A stretch of DNA of 63,092 nucleotides, filler included, from Lenisia limosa (GCA_001655205.1; 9 parts of 9 records of this genome joined end to end with filler, not necessarily neighbours in it), one strand, 5' to 3'. Numbered from the whole stretch's first letter, positions 45,553-58,419 are shown. The notes: generated by a model not told the origin, from the letters alone. Numbers and translations: made by a program.

Positions 45553-48500
45553 CTAATGATAGCAAAATACCCTGCAACTTTTTAGAGAGCGTAGCCAAGG
45601 ATCACGAAAAGTTCTTGAAATCTGACGCTTAATGTAATCTTTTGTCGATATAAGCAACCTCTTCAAGTTAAAAAGATAGGAACACCAGTAATCAACTTCA
45701 AGAAGTTTCTTCGAAATCTGATTTTCTTCAATTTGCGTTGAAACGTGTTCTTCTCTCATTAAATCGAGAAAGAGGCCCTTTATAAGGGGGTTGGCAACAC
45801 AACTTCCAGGCATCACGAGGTTAGTTTGGCAATTCTTCATTTTATCATTTAACGAACCTAGTAAAGTCAACTAGAATGTCAGCAGCTCAAATAAACTTTC
45901 GTCTTCAGAGTGTCACCTTTCAGAACTCCTTTAACAAGGATTTTGTACTAAATAGCATTTAAGCATTCTTGAAACATTTAACAAGCGTTAATATTTGAAA
46001 AAGGAGTAAAACAATAAACAGCCATCAAGGATCCCAATTTGATACATTTTTCACTAGTGTACACAGTCAACCGAATAATTTTTGGAATAAAGTTTTTTTT
46101 TTTTTTTAAGAGCCTAGTTTAGTCATTTGAAACATTTATAACAGCGTTGTGTAGCTGATATACCTCGTTTTAGGAATTTTTCTTGATGGATAATGTATAG
46201 GACTCTGCGCAATTAATTTTTCAAAGAAGAAACAAGACCACCTCAAGAGACCATTTGAACCTGATGAAACCCCATGCCCATATAAGAAACCCATCTGATA
46301 ATTCAATATTTCAACAATTGAATGGATTTTTTTTTTGGGATTATCAGTTAATTTCATCTGAAAAGAGGTTGCGCAAACCGATATGCTCAATATTTTCCTT
46401 TCTCTGAAAAACCACACCTTCTCCCTTTCCCTTTCCTCCTCTTTTTTTTTTAGAATGAGTGAACGTGTGTAGTGCCAAAGCCACACCAAATATGTAGCTC
46501 AATATAACTCTGAAATATTCACTAAAAAAACAAAAAAAAAGGAAGAAAACAGAAGAATAACAGATCAACATACGCATACCACAACATAAACCGGAGGAGC
46601 TCCGTTGTAGTATTGCGCTGCCTTCTACAGAAGTGATACCTGATCAAAGAAGACGAAACATCCTTATGAGTACCAAAGGGTGGACCATAATGGTCAGGGG
46701 TACTAGTATTCATATCATTTCGAAATCATAGTGAAATTTTGTTGAAAATGAGAATTATATTGTTCATATGATATAGTTCTTGGTACACCAGATCAGTGAC
46801 GTGAAATTAAAACTTTCTATTTCCCCCCCCCCTCTTTTTTCTTTCTTTTTTGTCGTTTTAATGTAACCATCATCTCCAACTAAGTTAACCCAAGTGCTTT
46901 TCTAGTATTAAGCGATAAAAACTCATATTATTAAATCAAAATAATAAACAACACGCCGAATTTCCTTCAAAAAAACATACATTTCCAAACTCAACACCCT
47001 TATTACCATAAACAAAAACCACATCAAGCATTGAACATTAAAGAATGCACCACAACTCACAGAATAGATTGGTGCGGGTTTTCTTGGAGGCTAACTTTCC
47101 AGAACTGCAGTGGCCACAGCGGTGACGTACGTTGCCGGTGGGGAGAGGCTTGGGGAAGTGCTTAGCGACATCACCAGCAAGAAAATAAATTGAAGGGGGT
47201 TGATGGAGTGCTGCTGTCTGAGTGGCTGTTAACATGGCAAGACAAGTGAATAAGTACTATCAAGTAATATATAAATCAAAAGACAAATTTAGTATCGTCA
47301 AAATTTTCGAAGTCATAAATTGTTTGTACTTGTGTTCATTTGACCTTAAAAAAAGACTGATACCGACAATAATCGATTGTTTATTGGGGCTTCGCTTGAG
47401 TCAAAGTAATAATATTTCAAATGAAATTAATCAAAATAATAATACTTTCTCAAAATAATGTGAAATTAATCACACAATCTTAGCATCAGGAACCAATTCC
47501 AACCTTCATGGGTGAGGGGATACGGCTGTTGGTGGTTGAGAAGGGAGACATGCCGACAAGGGCCTCGGTGACACGCGGTTGGAAGCTCTTGTCTTCGGAC
47601 TATAAGGTGTTTTTGAGGTTAGTGGTGGTTTAATACTAGTCTGACTCTAAATTGTCAAGAGAAGGATCATCACAATGTAACATCCCTAATTCACTCTTCA
47701 AAGTGGGGGGTATTTATTGTCACAAGTTGGACCGTTTTTTTTTTAATAATATTTTCTCTTAGATTGCTCTGATTTTCCTCCTATATGGGATGAACTTTTT
47801 TATATGCCATTTCTTTTCTTTTTAAATAACTCATATGTACATGTATTATATGATATACTATGTGTATATCATAACATATCTATCAACCACATGTAAAGGT
47901 GATGAATGTTCTTTTGAACTTAAAGGAGAAATACTTTTTTTTTTGTGTACCTTGGTACAAAAATGTTGATCCGTTATGAAGCTACCAAATACGTATTGTT
48001 CCATCGCACAAGGTCAACGCCACTCTCTCCTAGGGACACGACATATCTTATACACATATAATCTGTATTATTTTTATTTGACCCCCTGGTTTTGACACAT
48101 TTCAAAATTGTGTAGAGATCACATAGTATATATATATTAATCATGTGATTGTCTGTAATGGATTCTATAATTGTATTGTATAATGCTTTTAGAATCAAGA
48201 AACACTTCAACAAACGATCAAGCAATTTGATCGCATAGCTGAGAAGACTAAAACGCTTCAAAACGGAATATCCACGTTAGTGTCACAGCAACTTGAGTGC
48301 AGTTCTCAGTTGTGTCTATTGAAGCAGAGTATGACAGATTATTGTTCCATACGAAGTATTTTCAAATTTATAAGTATAATATGATATACTATAATCTGAT
48401 ATAGTATGATATATCGATATATATACATGTATGCATATGTAGGTTCGTGTCTATAAACCGTGAACTTGACAAAAACCGTGAACAAGCCAAAAATGGTAGA

Positions 48501-48740
48501 AAACCCCTTCTCCTTTGAGGACGTGATCAATATTTACGATAATATTATTCTGTAAAGCCTTTGATTTCTCACATCCTGAGTCTGTGACATAAGACTGATT
48601 TAGGAGGGTCTACCTGGGTTATTATGCAGGGGCTAATAAAGGACTGAACCTCACATTTTGATGATCGGAATCCAAAATTCTTTATTCTTCTGCAGTATGT
48701 TTGTGTCACCTACAAATGGTCAGATCTCCAACATATACAG
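45553..48740 (-). CDS. Multi-exon hypothetical protein(s)
   Basis: Exon-like DHVLKGEGVFYHFWLVH; SEDKSFQPRVTEALVGMSPFSTTNS; YFLAGDVAKHFPKPLPTGN; plus ORF 45553-45870. Frames not fully reconciled. Confidence 0.35.
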
Positions 48741-48813
48741 TGACCGGGATAAGTCTTGACTGATTTGTTTTCTGATTTCCCAAGGAAAAGCGGTCAAGAC
48801 TTATCCTGGTCTA
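48736..48813. mobile_element. MITE family C (about 80 bp, TA-CAGTG ends, Tc1/mariner-like TIR)
   Basis: ta-cagtgaccgggataagtcttgac...gtcaagacttatcctggtc. Other copies at 568-641, 41150-41232, 59940-59984 (partial) and 63019-63092; variants at 27836-27917 and about 4010-4072. Confidence 0.82.
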
Positions 48814-49146
48814 CCTGCGAATGTTTGCAAGCTGTCGGTTAGCGGGCTTTAGGAAGAGAGAGAGAGNNNNNNNNNNNNNNNNNNNNNNNNNNNNNNNNNN
48901 NNNNNNNNNNTTAATTAATTAANNNNNNNNNNNNNNNNNNNNNNNNNNNNNNNNNNNNNNNNNNNNTATATATATATTTAGCTATCATAGAAAACATAAT
49001 AAATCCTAGTATATACTATATAGCTATATGTGTAATTATAGTTTGTGTGATATATATATATATATATGATATTCAGTATATATCAGATGTAATTACTATT
49101 TACAAACCACAAATAATTTGTAATGTTTTCACTTGTATCATTCAAG

Positions 49147-50860
49147 TACCCCACATCGACGCTTGAAGAACGGTTCGTAATTGACATCATCACTACGGAT
49201 TCTATTATCGAAATGCTCTACCCCAATGGATGGTTTTGTGCGAAGGTAAGGGGGGGGGGGTAAATAATATCAATATCCNNNNNNNNNNNNNNNNNNNNNN
49301 NNNNNNNNNNNNNNNNNNNNNNNNNNNNNNNNNNNNNNNNNNNNNNNNNNNNNNNNNNNNNGACTTTGATGAGGTTCTCGTGAAGGAACGGATATCTCAT
49401 TTTGTTTTCAGGTGGGGCGATACTCTGATGAAGCCAAGGGCAGCGATGCGTATTTGGCCTATATAGAAAAGGTCGAAAAGCCCCTTATTGTAGGCTTCAT
49501 GGAATATTTTGAATAGTATGTGGATTAGTCTATATTCTAACATTAAAGGGGGGAAACCAATATAATATTTCGAGAATTAATCGTTTTCTTCAATATACAG
49601 GTTCATATAAAAGCCGCAATTCACCTAGTGGTGAAGAGTGAGTCTTTTAGAATTCTTTAGGCTGAATAAAACACAACTTACCCACAGGCCGACTTGTCAC
49701 GTGCGTTGGGATCTGAACTGAACACGACCGACCCGGAACTGATTTTGGACTGTGCCATTGCGAGGGTCTGTCACGCCCATCCCGTGCCGGAGGGTCTCAC
49801 TGCCGACTTGATCATGAGGGTGATGGGGTGTTTCATTGTGTAGGTGATTGGTTGTTTTTGAAATATGTTATTTTTTGGAAGAGTCTCAGTTCATCTGAGA
49901 TCCGCTGAACAAATGAGCACTGACGAATCGTTTTCTCACATTTCAGAGTAGAGACGTTGTTGTCACGAAGCAAGCTATCAGAGCGGTCTACCCTACCCCG
50001 GTTGAGGCGTCCACGTATCGAGCAGGGTTCATGATTCAAGTGGGGTGTCTCTAGGCGTTCTTGTGTTCCGTTGTAGACTCTACTACCCTTGTTGTGTTTT
50101 TCTTTTCGACAAAGACGGTTTAACTTTCCACATCATCATACGCTCTGGGATTCAGCAGGACTGTATGATATTGGGCTGATTGTTTTAGGAGTTTGTTGAC
50201 GCCATATTTGCCCCAATTGCAAAGGAATACGCGGTATGGTTGAATAGATAGGTCAATAACTCAGGTATATTCAGGTAGTACATACTATTTACTATATGAC
50301 CGGTGAGATTTTACTCTTTAGCCCCGTATTTCGTTGTTCTCTGGACATGACATTACTCTCACAAATGCCTTAATTGTGAGGATGGGGTGGAGGGAACATT
50401 ATGACATTAACTGTCTAAACAATCATCTTCAACCCAATTTGTGATGCTTGTCATTTATTTCTCCCTCCTAGGGCATGGGTGTTTTTGACGGATTGACTCC
50501 ATCATACGCCGCCATTCTCTTGATGGAGATGGTGGCACCCAGAGGAACCGCAGACTTGAGTGCTGAGTCAGCTTTTGTTCGACTGGTGTATAATGGGTGG
50601 GGGGGGGGGGGNNNNNNNNNNNNNNNNNNNNNNNNNNNNNNNNNNNNNNNNNNNNNNNNNNNNNNNNNNNNNNNNNNNNNNNNNNNNNNNNNNNNNNNNN
50701 NNNNNNNNNNNNNNNNNNNNNNNNNNNNNNNNNNNNNNNNNNNNNNNNNNNNNNNNNNNNNNNNNNNNNNNNNNNNNNNNNNNNNNNNNNNNNNNNNNNN
50801 NGTGAAAACCCAAAGATTCAACGAAGTAGATGGTCTGAACCGGAATATGAATTCTAATTA
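49147..50860 (+). CDS. Internal exons of a hypothetical, enzyme-like protein
   Basis: VGRYSDEAKGSDAYLAYIEK; ADLSRALGSELNTTDPELILDCAIARVCHAHPVPEGLTADLIMR; SRDVVVTKQAIRAVYPTPVEASTYRA; FVDAIFAPIAKEYA; GMGVFDGLTPSYAAILLMEMVAPRG, each GT-AG bounded. Confidence 0.55.
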
Positions 50861-51330
50861 AAATCAAAGACGGTATTTAGCAAGGAACACAGTCAGCTAA
50901 TAGTATGAAACGATATAGAGCTCTTTGATGATCATATCCTGGAATCATGCATTTGCCTTTAGGAAGACACTGGGAGAACATAGTGAAATATTTACATAAT
51001 ATAGCTTAAACAAACCTATAAACAAACCACATAGAAACTATGTCTCGAGTAAACTATCGCTAAAACCCTTCCTCTCATCCGGCACACCAACCCCTTCCTG
51101 GGCAGCAGGCCTCTCTCATGAGCACGGCAAGGGTGTCTCATGCTTATGTTGGTGGGGATTCTTTATTAGAAGACACCACTTCCATCCACACCACACAAGA
51201 CAGAGGCGCAAATGGCAAGTATTTTGAAGGTGATGGAATTTTTGAATATAGGGGTAATCAATAGTAATCCAAAATTTGTCCAGTCTAGCCGTGGTTGAGT
51301 AAGAATTCCTTTCCAACAAACAAAGAACAT

Positions 51331-51790
51331 CTACATAGTCAAAGGCTTGAGGCCAATCTTAATACGCATAGCATTAGTCTCATCAATGGTTGCTCCTTCG
51401 CCGGCCTTTGACTTTTCACGTTTCCGCTCTGCAGCACTAGTGGTTTGCCGAGCACGCTCCTTATCCGCCTTGGACTCCCCGCGTGAGCCACGGGAATCCC
51501 TGGTGTCTCTTGAGTCTCTTGAATCACGCGAAGAACGCGAATCCCTGGAATCTCTGGAGTCTCTGGAGTCTCTGGAATCGCGAGTATCACGAGAGTCTCT
51601 GTTAAAGGATTTGAAGCGCTCTGAGTACTTGCTGTTTTCGTTTCTCTCACGCGGCGGCGGAACATACGGTTCTTCTTCCTCCTCTTCCTCCTTCTTGACA
51701 ATCTTCTTGAACGACAAACTGCCACCCTTGAACTTGGTCTTCTTCTTGTCTTCGCGCAGAACAGGAGCAGGGCTGCGTGAACGGCTGAAG
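51331..51790 (-). CDS. C-terminal exon of an RS/RD-rich splicing factor ending in a HIND motif; probably Prp38 (PRPF38-like)
   Basis: SRSRSP...(RDS)n repeat...ATIDETNAMRIKIGLKPLTM*, which matches the Hub1-interaction motif S/TxEETNxxRxxLGLKPL. A C-terminal position points to Prp38 rather than Snu66. The N-terminal part lies beyond the spacer. Confidence 0.6.
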
Positions 51791-52229
51791 TGTGAGGAGA
51801 AGACAATGCTTAAGAGGAGAAGACAACGGGAAGGAAGAAAGGAGTAGTAGAAGATGAATATGNNNNNNNNNNNNNNNNNNNNNNNNNNNNNNNNNNNNNN
51901 NNNNNNTTAATTAATTAANNNNNNNNNNNNNNNNNNNNNNNNNNNNNNNNNNNNNNNNNNNNGAAAAAAAAATAAGCAACGGGAAAGGGGAATAAACAAC
52001 GGGATTTCTGCGCCTGAGCATATATATCGTAAAAATAAGTAAGTTCTTCTCTGTTCTTAATCAACACAATAAATTGTATGATACTATTTTCCATAATTAT
52101 ATACTATATGATATGTATAACTATGATAAAATAAACATATGACTCTACAACTAGATTATTATATACTATGATATACTATATATAGATATACATATAATTA
52201 TATATGATATATTATATTTAATATATTTG

Positions 52230-53300
52230 CAGATGACCAACTCAGCATTGAATAAAGTTTGCAAAACTTAAAAGACTAATTTGAATTGTCAATACTATAT
52301 ACTATTGTGATTGTCATTTATTAGGACCAAACAGAACTAAGCATCTCCATTGGGGGTCTGCTTTTTGGACGTGTTTGTCAAGGTGTTATTTCTATTGACC
52401 ACAACTCCTTTAGAAATGTAGGCAGTTACAGATATTATCTCTCAAACATAACTAACACAAGAATGTTGCTGATTTTTTGAATTCTGTATTTTTTTGCATA
52501 CCATCTCCCTGATTTATCCCCATAGATTTTGATAAAAGACTTTCGAAAAGCCGGGAGTCTTTACGGATACAGCGATCAGTCCAATGCCATTGTAGGGTCG
52601 ACTTATCTTTGATTTGAATTGAGGATATGTTGGAACGGAATACTCAGGTTATATGATATGTTAAACGTCCTCTATTTTAGTATTATTATCTTTGAATAGT
52701 CAATAATATATATCCCCAACTCAATTAATTAGGTACAACTAACAAACTGCGATATAACGTGTGAGATCACCCACACATATGCTTCGAGTTCAAACAACGT
52801 GATCGGAGGCGTCGTTGGCTATCTTGGTAACTTGGGTGCAAACTCTATTTTCTCTACCTTTGTGTTGTCTTAGGCAATTTTAGATTCACCCACTCACTTT
52901 TTAGCTTCTTCACAGCTGCGTCTGACAAATGTGACAATGACTGTAAACGTAAATCGGCCCAATACGGAAACAATTTCTCTCACTATTTAGATTGACGTTA
53001 TGAATGCTGCAAATGCAGGAGGTTGGTTGAAAGGGATAATTCTTGGAAGACTTCATTTTTGGGTTATATTTCATAAAAGTGGCTTTTAATATATTTTGTG
53101 TTAAGCTTATACGTTGTTGTGGGGACGTTGACAACAGGCAATTATTGTCTCCAGGAATTGTTGGAGATGGTGGAATAACAGCAACAAAGAGCACTTACTT
53201 GATAGGTGCAAACGTATTGGTATGTTTTATTTATTAGAACTTATTTGTGGTTTATTATTGATTGGCACATTACAATCTTTCAATTCAAAAATATGGTATT
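52230..53300 (+). CDS. Fragment of a probable GLUG-motif/beta-helical protein
   Basis: VQLTNCDITCEITHTYASSSNNVIGGVVGYL and PGIVGDGGITATKSTYLI exons with GT-AG flanks; the GGxVG pattern is GLUG-like. Confidence 0.35.
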
Positions 53301-54211
53301 GTGTTGGGCTTTCATTTTTTACACAATTCTAAATAGTAAATCCTTGTACTATCTGTATTTAGATTTTTTTTGATTATTTTAGATTGACGTGCGAATGAAT
53401 GGTAAAATAGAAAGAAGTGGAGGGCTAATTGGTACTATGAGAAATGCCTTTATCACTGTGGGCTTAATCTTTTCCAAGCAATCTCCTACTGGATGGAATA
53501 ATTGTGAATCACACTTACGGAATGCATCAGTTTAATTACTTCATGGAATAATATGGAATTTTTTCCCTCATAGTACATGCACATAATATATGCTGCTGCA
53601 CCAAAACCGTGTCATTAATTCAGAAACCGTGTCATTAATTCAGANNNNNNNNNNNNNNNNNNNNNNNNNNNNNNNNNNNNNNNNNNNNTTAATTAATTAA
53701 NNNNNNNNNNNNNNNNNNNNNNNNNNNNNNNNNNNNNNNNNNNNTATTTGAATATAATATTGGGGGTGTGGGTACTCCCCTCGCTCAAATTTTTTAGAGC
53801 TTTCCCTTCAAATCCAATACCCCTCCCCTCCAGTTACGTCTTACATTTCTTTAAGCCGTTATTATTACTTTTTTTTATTGTTCTCATTTGTTTATTCTTT
53901 TGTTCATTTATTTCCATTTTCACTGATTCTGGGTGTTTCTCACTACCCTCCTCTCCTTTTGCTTTTTTTTTTTTTTTTTTTNNNNNNNNNNNNNNNNNNN
54001 NNNNNNNNNNNNNNNNNNNNNNNNNNNNNNNNNNNNNNNNNNNNNNNNNNNNNNNNNNNNNNNNNNNNNNNNNNNNNNNNNNNNNNNNNNNNNNNNNNNN
54101 NNNNNNNNNNNNNNNNNNNNNNNNNNNNNNNNNNNNNNNNNNNNNNNNNNNNNNNNNNNNNNNNNNNNNNNNNNNNNNNNNNNNNNNNNNNNNNNNNNNN
54201 NNNNNNNNNNN

Positions 54212-55450
54212 NAGCAGACCGGCCTGCTCACGAGCAGTAAGTGAGTGCGCGTGGTTCAATAAAACAGCAGTTTTTACTGTCTCCTTGTGCAGTGCCTTCC
54301 TTGTACGTACGGACAATCTTTCTGGTAGGGCTGTCGTTGAGAACAGTGGTCACACCAGGGCAACGCTTGAATAGGACTGATGGTCTAATCGCAACATGTG
54401 GGTCATCATAAGTAAGGGTATTGCCAAAGATTCCCGCACGCTCAAATGCACTCTGGACAGAAATCGGGTCCAAAACTTGCGTAAGTGCGGGGAGGCATAC
54501 TACTCCTTCTTTTATACTCCACCTGAATTTGATCTTCAGACATTTTGACGAACTCGGCGTTAATTTCACATTTAAGTCTATTTCATGGCGACACCATGCT
54601 GGTCATCAAAAAAGAATAGGAAATGGAACAAATAAAAAAGCTCCCAACTACCTGAGAGTTTTAAGCTAGGAACTGCAGGACGCCTACCTTCTCTGATGTC
54701 ATCTATAGTCTAAGAACTAGACAATTGGTCCTTACTCGTAAAAGGAAGAAGGATGGGAAACATACATGTACATTAGCAAAATATCTCCTTTTACATCCTT
54801 CTTACCAGTTAAGCGTTAACGCATGGCGGAATAGGAACAGACAACTGGTCCCCTAGCCTGATCGCCATAGCCTTGCAGCGGATGTAGCTGGTTATGAACA
54901 AACTGATATCTCATGTACTGAGTCCCCGGAAATATATCTTAGAAACATCCTTTCTGAATACATAAACAAAACAATAAAAACTCACCCTAGAAGGATCTCG
55001 GGCTGAGCTTTTGGGCATAATTGGCTGCTACATTATCAAAACAATCACATCCTTTAAGCCCGGCAAGCCACTAATGACCTGACCAAAAGGACGATATTAC
55101 GAAGTGCTCGCCTTGGACTTCAGTCACGCATTTGGAAGTAGCATCTTGCCTCATATTATGTAATCATTTTAGATGCATTCAATCGCGATTTTACCGGGCT
55201 ATTTCCAGAATCTGTGATGAACATTCACTTATACACTCATCTTGTGATGCAAGTCTTGCTTTTCGGAATGTTTTCTGAAGTACGTTATGGGTTGTCTTGT
55301 TTTTGAAATTGATTGGAAATATATCTTAGAGGGCTGTACATTTTACCAAGAAAGCTTTATCCGTCCGTTAAAGCGCTTTGTGCAGCGTTAAGAATGCCAG
55401 GTCGATTTCATTTTCTCTTTTGAGGTAATAGTCTTGGTGTGTTTTATGAG
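54212..55450 (-). CDS. 5'/internal exons of a hypothetical protein
   Basis: IKEGVVCLPALTQVLDPISVQSAFERAGIFGNTLTYDDPHVAIRPSVLFKRCPGVTTVLNDSPTRKIV and RTRKALHKETVKTAVLLNHAHSLTARE. Confidence 0.45.
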
Positions 55451-56249
55451 ACCAAGCTCCATTTTTTGAAGTATTATGGATATTTACCGGGCGGCGCGAT
55501 GCGTGTCTCGCTTCGAATTCGATGGAATGGAGCAGTGCAATATCACAATTTCAGGAAATCTTCTGTGTCTAGACAAAAAAAATTGTAAAAAAATTGTATT
55601 AAAACACTTCACTTGGATTAGAATTTAAACTTTTCAAGTGAAGATTCATTTGTTATTCTTTGAACCAATCAGTGCTTTCTTAGCCTCTTTATTTATTGCT
55701 TTCTCTTTGAAACAAAGAAGAATACTATAAACGCCCAGTTCATCCCACAGGCGTCTCAGTCCATGAGGTACCACTTCAGAGTTACCTCTCGGTCTGTGAG
55801 TGCCTTTAAACCCGTCAGTTTCTACCGTGAATAGGTAATGAAAAAAGCCGATTCAATATTGTGGGCATTCATGGCTGATTTGTTGCAGATCTAGTGACAT
55901 TAGGAGCAAGAGTATTAATAAACCGGTGTGGAGGTGCACTTTTGAAATCTCAGCAACCCTAAAAATCCGGGTTCAGGTGGCAGAGCGTGTGTGTTTCTTA
56001 TCAACAGTTTTAGTTTTTTGTTCGTAAATTGCACGTTCCAGTTCCACATCACACTATCCCCCCTCCTTGCTTTTTCAAACTCTCGTGCTTGTTCTTTTTT
56101 TCTCATTTATACAATATTCTTCGTCAAAATTTCCTGAAGCGACTGGCCTGGGCATTGTTTGTTTTTTTGCTATCAACCATAGTGTGTTGCCAGCCAACAG
56201 TTGATTTTTTTTGTTTCATAAATTTCATTCATTTTACTCCCCCCTCCAG

Positions 56250-56816
56250 TTCCACATCACAATGCTCCATACGGCGGCGCAGAGTGGTCACGTTGAAACC
56301 GTTCGCTGTCTCCTTGGCCTTGGCGCGGATTTGACCCTTTGCTCGCGCGAGGTTTGCGTGGGTGTGGGGGTTGCATTTCCTCCATATGGCCGAATAACAA
56401 GAGTTGGGCTCACTTCGGTTCGAAAACGACTGGTAAAATAATATTTATCGAAGATTTGTCAAGAAATTCCGTCTTTTTTTTGAACCGAAGTGAAGCCCTA
56501 ATAACAAGGAAATAACTGAAGATTGTTTTTAGCAACAATAATTTTGTCTCCTTTTGTTGAAATGCGCGTCATCATGGACTGTAGCATCGGAAATATCATA
56601 GGATTTGCAATAGATGAATGACTTTATCACCTTTTAGTCAAACTTGCACGTCTTTTGTTCGGAAGTGTGAAACTATTTACAAGATGAATGATGTTACCTC
56701 CCTTTTGACGAATTTTTGATCCTCTTTTAGTCAAGACGCGATGCGCTCCATATGGCAGCGGCCAATGGACACGTTGAGACCGTTCAAGTCCTTCTGGATG
56801 CCGGGGCGGATATAAA
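56250..56816 (+). CDS. Ankyrin-repeat exons (gene fragment)
   Basis: FHITMLHTAAQSGHVETVRCLLGLGADLT and DALHMAAANGHVETVQVLLDAGADI, canonical ankyrin consensus. Confidence 0.88.
56405..56500. mobile_element. MITE family A copy
   Basis: gggctcacttcggttcgaa...tgaaccgaagtgaagccc-ta, in an ankyrin gene intron. Confidence 0.85.
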
Positions 56817-56916
56817 NNNNNNNNNNNNNNNNNNNNNNNNNNNNNNNNNNNNNNNNNNNNTTAATTAATTAANNNNNNNNNNNNNNNNNNNNNNNNNNNN
56901 NNNNNNNNNNNNNNNN

Positions 56917-58340
56917 CTCGCATGTTTGGAAGGATTGGCAGTCTCTACGACTCAACGCAAGATCAAAAAGGCGTTTAACCGTTCATCCATCGTTGTTCCC
57001 ATGTCGGACGAACCCAGCTTTTCTATTGATCCTTGGAAACTTGCAGAGCACCTTCCCAATCCGCAACATTTTTTATTGAATCAGTGTTTTTCTGAAGAAA
57101 ATAAAAAAAAGTGGACACGGTCATGTCCCCCCACCTATATCATATATTTTATGGAGTGGTTCTGGAATGTCATAAGTACCACACCTATTGGTGTCACCAA
57201 ATATCCTCAAAATTCAAAAGTTGTCTTTTTTTGAGAAATCACAAATTTGCTTCACTCATTCCATCCAGCAAGCCGTTTTGTCAATTGAAAAAAAAGTTCT
57301 ACGGAAGGAACCCATGTCATCCTGCAATCTTGACGAAGCTATCCTTGTTAACCAGGTGAATTTTGAAAACATTGTTTTGTGCTGCTTGTATTCTCCTCAA
57401 TTTCATTTCAGAATTTCATTTTTTTATTTTTGGTTTTTTTTTTTGCAAAATTTGGATCCAGTATTTAATACCGAATGTAGTATCTGCAACATATACTAGA
57501 AGCTGGATTCACTGGAAGCGATGTGATGATCATTACCCCCTATCGAGCCCAGGTATAATGGTTATCATATCGTAGCGGTCTTCAGTTTTCTCTAGACGCT
57601 AAAATATTATCTGTTTTCGGCTATATTCGAGTTTGTATTGTCAATTTTGAATTGCTTACAACTTTTTGATTCATGATTTCTAAATGTCAAATTAGATTAC
57701 AAATAAAGTGCAGCTGCTGATTTGACTCTATTTAGGTTGAACTTCTCAAAATTGTCACTCAAAAAGCTCAGGAGAGATTTAGTGCAACAGTGAGTTCAAA
57801 TTGATAGTAATGCCCACCATTTCTGTGTGACACTTTGAACACAATATGCTATAATAGGGGACAGGGAATACAAATATGAATAATTGTGATGAAGTTGCCC
57901 ACTCGGATCAGATTTGTTGTAATTTGATTTGCTGTTTCATCAGTGCAGATCCACATTGGAACCGTACACACGGCCCAGGGCAGTGAAAGTCGTTTTGTCA
58001 TCACCTCATTGGTCCGCTCAGACGGCAGTGACCTTGGGTTCACAAGTGACGGTCGGAATTGCTAATTGTCGGATTGTTCACATTGCCCGTGTGGAATATG
58101 ACATATCATGTCCTATACCTCAGGGTCTCATCGATTAGATCATATGACAAATGTGACCATATCACGAGCCAAAGACGCACTTATTGTGGTGAGTGTGAAT
58201 ATGGAGCATGATTTTAGTTGGAAATTTTTGATTGGATGATGCTTGTAGATTGGTAATGCGGTTGTAATGGCCCAAGACAGGACGTGGAATAAGTTTGTCA
58301 TCAACTCCATCCGAAACGGTTGCTTCATTGAATGCTCTTA
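56917..58340 (+). CDS. C-terminal RecA2 (AAA_12-type) part of a UPF1/DNA2/NAM7-like SF1 helicase, divergent
   Basis: SSCNLDEAILVNQ; LEAGFTGSDVMIITPYRAQ; IHIGTVHTAQGSESRFVITSLVRSDGSDLGFTSD; HMTNVTISRAKDALIV (motifs IV-VI). Confidence 0.8.
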
Positions 58341-58419
58341 AGCGACTTTTTGCGGCATTATTATGGTGTAAACATTGATTCACTTCGATCAAATAGAGAA
58401 AATTCATATGTTGTTGACA

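Noticed and set aside
45553-45870. 105-aa ORF as a transposase next to the palindromes
   Set aside because: No DDE, YR or HUH motifs recognisable; more likely terminal exons of the upstream minus-strand gene.
51339-51847. Long overlapping ORFs (LESLESLES; RRRKRRKK)
   Set aside because: Alternative frames of the (RDS)n/HIND exon.
20720-52230. Degenerate (TA)/(TAC)-rich blocks (e.g. 20720, 34600, 40620, 48370, 48967, 52070)
   Set aside because: Ordinary cryptic microsatellite expansions in introns, with no unit structure or spacer pattern.
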